A stretch of 42,047 bases of DNA. Source: Escherichia coli. Lineage in GTDB: Bacteria > Pseudomonadota > Gammaproteobacteria > Enterobacterales > Enterobacteriaceae. The notes below the pieces were generated by a model. That model was not told the origin of the DNA. It did not search any database and saw nothing but the letters and a program-made list of their open reading frames with translations. Of the stretch, positions 26,271 to 33,887 are shown piece by piece. Position numbers and translations under genes: made by a program. Location of the stretch: NCBI RefSeq assembly GCF_051903065.1, contig NZ_CP178441.1, one strand, 5' to 3'. Numbering within the stretch: position 1 is the first letter of the stretch; the number at the start of each line of letters is the position of its first letter.

Positions 26271-26639
26271 ATGAGCAAAGAAATTAGAGCGGAAAGAATC
26301 AAGAATGTAATTCTGGAAAACTCGACTTATGAAGAACTGGCCGAGAAGACTGGCATTAGCGTGAGTACGCTGGTCAGGATAGCGTCCGGTAAAACTGAAC
26401 CTAAGTTCAGTGATATTATTAAAATTGCGATGGTGACAGGCGTTGATTTAAATGAATTGGCACATGGAGATATTGTTAATATAAAGGAAGATGCAATGCT
26501 AAAAAATGATAAGCAAAATGACGAAGTTGTTAAGGCTCATAATTTCATCGTCTGGAATATATCCAGTTTAGATAAAAAAGATATATTATCTATATCAAGA
26601 ATAGTTTACGCACTTTCGACTTTGAAAAAAAAGCCCTAA
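26271..26639 (+). CDS. XRE-family HTH transcriptional regulator
   Basis: HTH segment YEELAEKTGISVSTLVRIASGKTEP. AT-rich codon usage. Confidence 0.6.
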   Translation: MSKEIRAERIKNVILENSTYEELAEKTGISVSTLVRIASGKTEPKFSDIIKIAMVTGVDLNELAHGDIVNIKEDAMLKNDKQNDEVVKAHNFIVWNISSLDKKDILSISRIVYALSTLKKKP

Positions 26640-26803
26640 TTATTTAATAATGCATAACAAACGTATAAATGTTTTGGTTTCTAACTTCTTTTATTAAAGG
26701 GTGAGGAATGGTCCCTCCCCGCCCTTAATACGCCAGAACAAAGCAAAAAAGAGGCATAACGACACGACCAGCATTAGCATGTTTTAGACGCTAGACGCAA
26801 AAA

Positions 26804-27577
26804 TCAACGTAGTTTGATATTTCCATATACTGCAGCCAGTGCATCAGCTGCAGCCTTGTTATAACGACCCGGTAGTTGCTGTGTGGGCTGCTGATAGTCA
26901 GCTTTTACGACGCTTTCAACCGGTATTTGTTTTACAGAAGCGGAAAAACCAATAAGTTGATTCGGTGTAGTCGGTGTTACTGTTGTTCCGTCATTTTTGG
27001 GCGGTTCTGTAGCGAGTGTGTCGCTTTGTGCAAGGTTAGTAACCAGTGTAATGTTTTTCCCTGCTCTTTCTTCTGGCGTAACTCCAACCGTCGCCTGTTG
27101 AGGCTGTGGAGTAGTCGTTCCTGCAGGTTTCGTTGTGTCAAACGTATTAAAGCGAGCTTCAATCCAGGTCTGCCATTTAGCTGCTTTTCTGATCAGGTCA
27201 GCACGATATACCTTGTTAAATTGAGGCGTTTTTGAATGATAATTTGCTGCTTTTGTCCAGATATCTCCCTTATCATTTTTGATATGGCCGCGTATACGCC
27301 ACGCAGCCAAATCATACGAATAACAGCCTGGCTGTGCTACATCTTCTTCTGTAATGCCGTATTTTTCCAGATCCTTTAAATAAACCGTATTAAACTGCAT
27401 ACGGCCTATATCATATGTGCCGTTTGAGTTACGGTTTTTATTCTCAAGTCCGGGACGACCACCCTCTTTTTCAGCTATGGCTAACATGATGTTAGCCGGA
27501 ACCTGATATTTTATCGCTGCAGTAATTGAGCAAACTACACGTTCAACCTGAGCCGGTGGAATATCTAAATACGGCAT
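26804..27577 (-). CDS. trbN: TrbN / VirB1-like lytic transglycosylase
   Basis: SLT-domain character (…AEKEGG…, …YDIGRMQFN…). Last gene of the trb operon. Confidence 0.7.
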   Translation of the reverse strand: MPYLDIPPAQVERVVCSITAAIKYQVPANIMLAIAEKEGGRPGLENKNRNSNGTYDIGRMQFNTVYLKDLEKYGITEEDVAQPGCYSYDLAAWRIRGHIKNDKGDIWTKAANYHSKTPQFNKVYRADLIRKAAKWQTWIEARFNTFDTTKPAGTTTPQPQQATVGVTPEERAGKNITLVTNLAQSDTLATEPPKNDGTTVTPTTPNQLIGFSASVKQIPVESVVKADYQQPTQQLPGRYNKAAADALAAVYGNIKLR

Positions 27578-27592
27578 ATTATTTCCCTTTTG

Positions 27593-27901
27593 TCAAAAAA
27601 AGCGTAGACGACCAAATTTATTCTGTATTTTATCTACGTAAGCAGGTGAAGCTGATGGGCAATTATTAGTTAGCCATCCTCTTCTTTTTTTCTCTGTTCG
27701 ACTTGCGCTGAATTTTCCATGCTTGAAGCTGATTTGACTGAAATAGTTGTTCACACTCCCCGAACAACCATCCTGGACACTACCTGTGGCAACCAATCCC
27801 CACATGCATAATACGGGTTGGCATGGATCTGCCGCCTTTGTTGGAATGCTGTAAATACTAATAGATAATGCCATCAATGTAACTGATAGATATTTTTTCA
27901 T
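27593..27901 (-). CDS. small secreted Cys-containing protein in the trbM position (ORF track start 27955)
   Basis: Signal peptide MKKYLSVTLMALSISIYSIPTKA from an internal ATG with GAGG RBS. Lies between trbL and trbN. Confidence 0.5.
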   Translation of the reverse strand: MKKYLSVTLMALSISIYSIPTKAADPCQPVLCMWGLVATGSVQDGCSGSVNNYFSQISFKHGKFSASRTEKKRRGWLTNNCPSASPAYVDKIQNKFGRLRFF

Positions 27902-27911
27902 ATTAATAGCC

Positions 27912-29456
27912 TCAGAACTTTGACTTGTTTTTAAATTGTTCGTATTCATCACCACTTTGTGATGTTTGTGTATCTATAGAACCAGTATTTTCTGTTTGAG
28001 TCGTTGTTTGCTCCTCCCCTCCAAGACTGTCGCCGTTGAACTTGTTACTTGTTGTTATGCTCCCGTAGCCAAAAGATTCTTCTGTGTTGTTCGATTGACG
28101 TTCAACAGTTTGCGAACGGATTTGAGAAGCGAGCTTTCCACCTGGAGTTTGTGCAATGATGTCTCTTGCCGCTCTGACTTTTGAGTCATGCTTGGCTGCA
28201 TTGCGTGCAGCCAGGCCGTTAGCCAAACTATTCGCCATATGCGAAGCCATGCGGCCAGCTCGTGAGAATGATGAAGCAAAGCCCTGGCTTCCTCCACTGG
28301 AACTACCTGTACTGTTCTCTGCAGACGAACCACCGGAACCGCCTGATGGTTGTCCTCCAGAAGTATCTACAGAACCGGTATCCTCCCCACTTCCAAATCC
28401 TCCACCTGAACCGCCTTTACTACCAGTACTAGACTCTTCGGCCATCGCTGCTTGTGCCGATTCAAATGCCGCTTTAAGTGCTGATGCACCTCCGGCAGCA
28501 TTTGCAGCACCTGCTGCCGCAGCAGCGCCAGATGCTGCTATTGCGGCTCCTGCTGCAGCAGCAGCCCCAATAATTGCACCGGCACCAAAGCCACCAATGC
28601 CTTGCATTGAAGCACCGCCTACAATACTGCCAACCATAGGAGGAACTTTATTAACAAGAACCAAAAGAACAATTGAGGCTACAAGCATTACAAACATAGA
28701 TTTCATTTGTACTGCGTCATCGCCCATTGCCTGGTAATACTGGTCTATGAAGGATTTTCCAATACCAACAATTAGAACCATTGTGAACAGCTGCAGGGCA
28801 ATTCCTAGAACTGTTTTGAAGTATGTAATGGCAATATCGGAAGTCCAACGAGCCCCCCCAAAACCGAGTAAGAAAATACCGCCGTAACTTAAAATCCAGC
28901 CGGTAATCAGCAGAAGAAGCATATTCACACCGACAAGTGCTAATACGCATAGAATAACTCCGGCTAAAATCAAGCCGACAGTGGAGTCTGCCGGGGACCA
29001 AATAGAAGACTGGTCAACGACTCTTGATACGATATCAAACCCTATATCTACAATGCCCGAAGGCGAGAATGATTTTGATAAACCAGAAGCATTAGCCGCG
29101 AGTTGACGTAATGAATCCTGAATATCTACCGATATTGCCGGGCCGTTTTTTAGCAGATAGAAGAAAAAACCTAACACAGCAAAAAAACGAACTACTTCCG
29201 CAAGAGCTGCCGATAATCCTTCGCCCTGCATTGCCATCATTGCGAATGTCCATACCATTGAAATTACCGCTAATGACCAAAATATCCAGGTCGCGTAATT
29301 TTGTATGGTTCCAGCCCAGGTGCTGGCAACATTTGCAAAGCGCTTAAGGATATCATCAAGTAACCCAGCACTATCTAATGGCGCAGCCTGTGCCTGTGTG
29401 CTGATTAATATCAGCAACACAGATAAGCAAGGATAAATTAGATGCCTGAATTTCAT
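27912..29456 (-). CDS. trbL: TrbL / VirB6-like polytopic inner-membrane protein with Gly/Ser-rich C-terminal tail (ORF track start 29507)
   Basis: Signal peptide from MKFRHLIYPC, multiple TM helices, and a low-complexity G/S/A-rich C-terminus. Confidence 0.7.
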   Translation of the reverse strand: MKFRHLIYPCLSVLLILISTQAQAAPLDSAGLLDDILKRFANVASTWAGTIQNYATWIFWSLAVISMVWTFAMMAMQGEGLSAALAEVVRFFAVLGFFFYLLKNGPAISVDIQDSLRQLAANASGLSKSFSPSGIVDIGFDIVSRVVDQSSIWSPADSTVGLILAGVILCVLALVGVNMLLLLITGWILSYGGIFLLGFGGARWTSDIAITYFKTVLGIALQLFTMVLIVGIGKSFIDQYYQAMGDDAVQMKSMFVMLVASIVLLVLVNKVPPMVGSIVGGASMQGIGGFGAGAIIGAAAAAGAAIAASGAAAAAGAANAAGGASALKAAFESAQAAMAEESSTGSKGGSGGGFGSGEDTGSVDTSGGQPSGGSGGSSAENSTGSSSGGSQGFASSFSRAGRMASHMANSLANGLAARNAAKHDSKVRAARDIIAQTPGGKLASQIRSQTVERQSNNTEESFGYGSITTSNKFNGDSLGGEEQTTTQTENTGSIDTQTSQSGDEYEQFKNKSKF

Positions 29457-29460
29457 TCTG

Positions 29461-29634
29461 TCACCATTTCTTTTCGGGGCTTTTTGTAAATTCGCCTGAT
29501 TTACCACATTGCGTTTTTTCCTGGTCAGTCATCTTTGATACTGACTTATTGCAATCAACCTGGTTGGGATCGGTTTTTGGGTCGCAAGCAGTGATAAAAA
29601 ACGCCGACAGAATGAGAGGAATGATATATTTCAT
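29461..29634 (-). CDS. trbK: TrbK-like entry-exclusion lipoprotein (57 aa; not in the ORF track because under 60 aa)
   Basis: Manual translation gives MKYIIPLILSAFFITAC... with a lipobox-like signal. Position between trbJ and trbL as in RP4. Confidence 0.55.
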   Translation of the reverse strand: MKYIIPLILSAFFITACDPKTDPNQVDCNKSVSKMTDQEKTQCGKSGEFTKSPEKKW

Positions 29635-29646
29635 AGGAGTACCACC

Positions 29647-30417
29647 TTACCAAGATTGAGCGGGGCTTTTGGTATAAGTCCCTGCCCTAAAAGTTTCTGA
29701 TGCAGCCGCTTGCTGGGCCTCTTTATCGGCCTGAGCCTGCGCCAGTGTAGTTGCAGCGTTTTGCTGGGCAACTAGAAGCGAGCGGATTTGCAGTAACTGG
29801 TTTGTTTGCGCACTGGCAAGCTGGTTAGCGGCCTGAATAGCTTCCATTTGCCCCTGTGCTCCAGTTACTTGAGTTTGTAAGTCAGCAAGGTTATCTGCAT
29901 CTCTTTGCAGTGTTTCTTGCTGTTCATCGAGAACCTTAAAAACGGCGTCATTGGCCTTTTTACGAGCCTCAGAGTTATTTTGTTCAGCTTTACGTAGTGC
30001 GCTAATTTCATCTGCAGTGCATTCAACATTACTGTTAAAGCATGGCGATGAACGGTAGTAATTAATGTCCTGATAACGTTTTAGATATGAGTCAAGACTC
30101 CCGGCCTGATTTTTGTAGTAATTAAGAGTGTCCTGTGCCTGCAATAATTTGTTGATAGTTGAATTGGCCTGATCCCATATATAGGCCGCAGGTGCGACTG
30201 TGTTTCTCAGCATGTTTTCATATTGTTGCAACTGCGTCTGATACTGTTGGATCTGTTTAGCCACAGCCTGAACGTTATTGACAGCGCTGATTGTGGTCTG
30301 CACCACATTAGTAGCATCAAAAACAGGAATACCAGCTTTCGCAGGTAGGGCCATGATTGACGCCACGAAGGAAGCTAGTAACGCTTTTTTAGCGGCTAAA
30401 ACGAAACGTGTATTCAT
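29647..30417 (-). CDS. trbJ: TrbJ / VirB5-like protein
   Basis: Signal peptide and a Q/A-rich coiled-coil body. Synteny. Confidence 0.7.
   Translation of the reverse strand: MNTRFVLAAKKALLASFVASIMALPAKAGIPVFDATNVVQTTISAVNNVQAVAKQIQQYQTQLQQYENMLRNTVAPAAYIWDQANSTINKLLQAQDTLNYYKNQAGSLDSYLKRYQDINYYRSSPCFNSNVECTADEISALRKAEQNNSEARKKANDAVFKVLDEQQETLQRDADNLADLQTQVTGAQGQMEAIQAANQLASAQTNQLLQIRSLLVAQQNAATTLAQAQADKEAQQAAASETFRAGTYTKSPAQSW
30388..30400. promoter_or_regulatory. KorB-type operator TTTAGCGGCTAAA inside the 5' end of trbJ
   Basis: Perfect OB consensus 15-29 nt downstream of the trbJ start codon. Confidence 0.55.
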
Positions 30418-30429
30418 CGTCTTCCCCTA

Positions 30430-31824
30430 TTAGTAATCAAAGGCTTGGTAAGGTTTTGTGAATGCTAAGTCTTTAGTAACCATTATATTGAAGCGATAAC
30501 CCGGTCGAATTTCGAGCGTAGGTGAGATATTCAGGTTTTTTTGTACAACCTGCGCAATAGCTTGGCCGAATACCTGACCCAGCGCTGCACTCATTTCACT
30601 GCTCATGTTCGGAGCTTGATTCGAGTTGTTATTGTTTTGGTTACGATCCTGAGAATAAGCAATTGTCGCGGTGATACCAGATAGCAGTAAGGCATTGCCA
30701 AAAATGCGGAAGTAATGGTTATTAACCTGATCTCGGAAACCAGAGTAACCGGCCATGTCTGCTCCCGGCATGGAACCTAAATCAAGAGCTTTTCCATCTG
30801 GGAACACTAGACGTTGCCAGGCAATCATGACCCCTTCCTGACCATAGGTAATATCACTTGAATATGTACCTATCACACGAGTTCCATGAGGAATAAGAAG
30901 GTATTTGCCTGTTGCTGAGTCATAAACGTCCTGAGCAACCTGACCAATAATCTGCCCTGGAAGATCCGAGTTAATGCCACTAATCATGACGCCAGGAATG
31001 ACCCAACCTGCACGAAGTTCGTATTGGCTATGTGGTGCTGAAATTTGTTCATCCAGTAACCACCTGTCACCCTGCCCTTTCTTACCGAACTGGTTGATGT
31101 CATTATGAGAAACGGATACGCCACCCACTGATGCCAATTGCATACCTGTATCGCTATTGCTATCTGTGACGCCATTCATTGAAGCCCGGATTCTCTGAAC
31201 CTGAGCGTCGTAACTTGCAGTTGCATCGCCAGCGTTGTTCTGTTCCATCTGACGGCGAACGTTAGCAATTTCTTGCAGCATTTCATCGCGGGTTTGTGGT
31301 GTATTACCTGTAGTACTCGAGCGTCCTAGTTGGTTAGGCAAATTGACTTCTGTTTTTGCTTTTACAGCTTCAATAAAATCACGCATTTTATTGCGGCGAA
31401 TCTGGTCTGCTTCTGGATCGTTTGACCGTGACGTTACCGATTGTGGCGGAACGGGGGGCTGATCTGGATCAGCTACTGGAACAATGGGGACCGATGTATA
31501 ATTCGTGCTCTGTTGGGTTTTATTATCCTGTGTCGGAATTTCTGACGGTGCTGTTGGGGCTTCAATAATGCCGGAGGTACTTCCTCCCATAACGTCCATT
31601 GCCATTGCCGAGGTATCTCGGCTGCTCCCACGCTGAATAGTTGTTTCTGCCGTATCTGACATGCCTTGGTTGGCTCGTTTATTGGCAATGTACGCCACGA
31701 GAATGCAGAATAAAGCGAAGCCACCAATAGCAATGTACATTGGTCTTTTATTAACGCGGCGTACACCAGTTTTGTTTGCGACGCCAGGAGACGCGTCGGG
31801 GGACATTTTATCTTGTTCTGCCAT
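30430..31824 (-). CDS. trbI: TrbI / VirB10
   Basis: N-terminal TM segment, Pro-rich linker, conserved VirB10 C-terminal domain. Synteny. Confidence 0.8.
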   Translation of the reverse strand: MAEQDKMSPDASPGVANKTGVRRVNKRPMYIAIGGFALFCILVAYIANKRANQGMSDTAETTIQRGSSRDTSAMAMDVMGGSTSGIIEAPTAPSEIPTQDNKTQQSTNYTSVPIVPVADPDQPPVPPQSVTSRSNDPEADQIRRNKMRDFIEAVKAKTEVNLPNQLGRSSTTGNTPQTRDEMLQEIANVRRQMEQNNAGDATASYDAQVQRIRASMNGVTDSNSDTGMQLASVGGVSVSHNDINQFGKKGQGDRWLLDEQISAPHSQYELRAGWVIPGVMISGINSDLPGQIIGQVAQDVYDSATGKYLLIPHGTRVIGTYSSDITYGQEGVMIAWQRLVFPDGKALDLGSMPGADMAGYSGFRDQVNNHYFRIFGNALLLSGITATIAYSQDRNQNNNNSNQAPNMSSEMSAALGQVFGQAIAQVVQKNLNISPTLEIRPGYRFNIMVTKDLAFTKPYQAFDY

Positions 31825-31827
31825 CTT

Positions 31828-32271
31828 TTATTCCTCGCGAGTCCATGGGCCAGCCGGGTATGCCTTGCCGTCTGTTGCCAAAACGAATCCCCGGCTTAAT
31901 TTGACGTCGCCCACAAATGCTGTGACTTGGTAGAGATTGGGAACGATAGTGTTCACAACATAACCAAGAGGTGTCCCTGAGGTGCTCTGAGGTTTGCCGT
32001 CTTTCGTGAACTCGATGACAGCATAACCGCGTGAACGCAAACGCTGAACAAGTGCTGAACCGAAAGGATCTTTAGCAGGTTGTTTCATCGTGAATGTTGT
32101 ACGTCCAGGAGGATACAGCGTTGCCAGATTAACAACGGTGTTATCAGCCATGCTTGCAGAGGCAAACATGTTAGCATTCGAATAGTTTCCATAACTCGAA
32201 GATACACAGCCAGTCGTTAACAGGCTTGCGATTAGCACCATAACGGAGGTTAATTTCATTGCTGCTTTCAT
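31828..32271 (-). CDS. trbH: TrbH lipoprotein (VirB7-like position)
   Basis: Lipoprotein signal ...LLTTGC. Position between trbG and trbI. Confidence 0.6.
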   Translation of the reverse strand: MKAAMKLTSVMVLIASLLTTGCVSSSYGNYSNANMFASASMADNTVVNLATLYPPGRTTFTMKQPAKDPFGSALVQRLRSRGYAVIEFTKDGKPQSTSGTPLGYVVNTIVPNLYQVTAFVGDVKLSRGFVLATDGKAYPAGPWTREE

Positions 32272-32273
32272 TA

Positions 32274-33164
32274 TTATCCCCTTGTGATAGTCACTTTTTC
32301 TTGGCTCGAACCGACACCAATAACCAGATATGCCTTGTCAAAAAGACCATCGACAATAGTTCTATCTCCTTGGGTTCGCAGATTAACCATTTGTGTTTCA
32401 TCTTTAGAGAACAGTCCGCCTTCTTTACGCACGACCAGAAGGATTGGGGTTTCGCCAGAAGAAATTGTTTTAGGGAATTGGATAATAGTTTTAACCCCAT
32501 CGTTATATACCCGAACGGGTTTCCAACTGGCAGAACCGCTTATTTTATAGTTGAAATCCAGATTTCCCAGGTATTCACCAGTTTGAGGAATTGTGTTATC
32601 ACGCAATTGTTTGGCTTCACGCGTCCGAATTGCATCCCATTTAGCCTTGGCATCTTCCGGGTAGGTAAAAGACACATATGGCATAAATTTGGTGCGGCTG
32701 GTTTTAACACGCATACGATACGTACGACGGTCAGTTGTCACTACTAGGGAAGTATCAAGTCCCACATCAAGTGGCTTTATAATTAGATGCAATTGCTGTG
32801 TGGCACCAGAACCAGTGATTGAAGGAGATACCGTTACGCGTGGATCACCAACATCAATGTTGTTGACGTTTTCTCCGGGTTGTAAAGCGATGTCACACAG
32901 TTGCAGTACAGCACAGACAATTTGTGTCTGCCCTGTTGTATATACGTAACTGATAGCACCGTCTGGTCCAGCAAATGGTTTACTTGTTACGCTACCAGCA
33001 CCAGTCTGCCATTTTTGGCCTATTCCGATGGCGGCTTGTTCCTGCGGTGTGAGGGATGGTTCATTATTAGAGAAATATTGATCAGCCAGCGGATCACTTC
33101 CAGGAGCCGCATTAGCCAGAAGCGGTAAGCTCAAAATTAACGCTGAGATAATTGACTTTTTCAT
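32274..33164 (-). CDS. trbG: TrbG / VirB9
   Basis: Signal peptide MKKSIISALILSLPLLANA. Synteny. Confidence 0.8.
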   Translation of the reverse strand: MKKSIISALILSLPLLANAAPGSDPLADQYFSNNEPSLTPQEQAAIGIGQKWQTGAGSVTSKPFAGPDGAISYVYTTGQTQIVCAVLQLCDIALQPGENVNNIDVGDPRVTVSPSITGSGATQQLHLIIKPLDVGLDTSLVVTTDRRTYRMRVKTSRTKFMPYVSFTYPEDAKAKWDAIRTREAKQLRDNTIPQTGEYLGNLDFNYKISGSASWKPVRVYNDGVKTIIQFPKTISSGETPILLVVRKEGGLFSKDETQMVNLRTQGDRTIVDGLFDKAYLVIGVGSSQEKVTITRG

Positions 33165-33179
33165 GTTTCGGCCCCGAAT

Positions 33180-33887
33180 TTACAGTTGTTTTGACCAGTT
33201 AAAATCTTTAATGAAAATACGATGTGGGTTTATCACGTCATTGTTTTCTTTAATATTTGCGTTCAAGTCAGTGTTCTGATAAAGATTGACCAGTGCTCTC
33301 ATTCGAACCGGTGGATTTTTTAACGTACCGTCGCGGTTACGTGTTGTCTCAATCCAGTCAACCTGCCAGGTGTCAGGTGTTTGCTGCAGAACGGAAATTA
33401 GCTCATTGCTAACCATTTCCGTTTTTGCTCGGGTGAAAGGATTACGTTCTTTCGAACTATTCAAATATTCATTCGCTTTTTTTGTGGCCGGATCATCCGG
33501 GGATAAAAATGCGTAGGTGCGTAATACGGCTTTACGTTGTAGTTCGCCATCTGGCGTAACCATTCTTATGTTATCGATAAAGTTCCATACAGCGGTACGG
33601 TAGTCGTCGATTTTGGCTGGAGACAAGCGGTCTGCCCTTGTCAGGCTGATATAGTTACCAGCCCTGTCCTGTTCATAGACCATCGGGATGATTTTCGATT
33701 GGCTTCCGATATAGGTAATTCCCCCCACAGCAGCCAGACCAATAAGCAGGCCCGCTACGCCAATGAAAATACCCAGCGTCCCGAACTGCTGCACATGTCC
33801 CATATGGATATTCCATGAACGACGTGCGTTGAGATACGGATTAGGGCTATCAGGTTGAGGGGTTTTTTTATTGTTAAAAAGTTTCAT
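33180..33887 (-). CDS. trbF: TrbF / VirB8
   Basis: Single N-terminal TM helix followed by a periplasmic domain. Synteny. Confidence 0.75.
   Translation of the reverse strand: MKLFNNKKTPQPDSPNPYLNARRSWNIHMGHVQQFGTLGIFIGVAGLLIGLAAVGGITYIGSQSKIIPMVYEQDRAGNYISLTRADRLSPAKIDDYRTAVWNFIDNIRMVTPDGELQRKAVLRTYAFLSPDDPATKKANEYLNSSKERNPFTRAKTEMVSNELISVLQQTPDTWQVDWIETTRNRDGTLKNPPVRMRALVNLYQNTDLNANIKENNDVINPHRIFIKDFNWSKQL

Noticed and set aside
28156-28737. 193-aa plus-strand ORF rich in Ala/Pro inside trbL
   Set aside because: Antisense shadow of the Gly/Ser/Ala-rich tail of the minus-strand TrbL gene; low-complexity sequence, no RBS, and fully nested in a well-supported gene.
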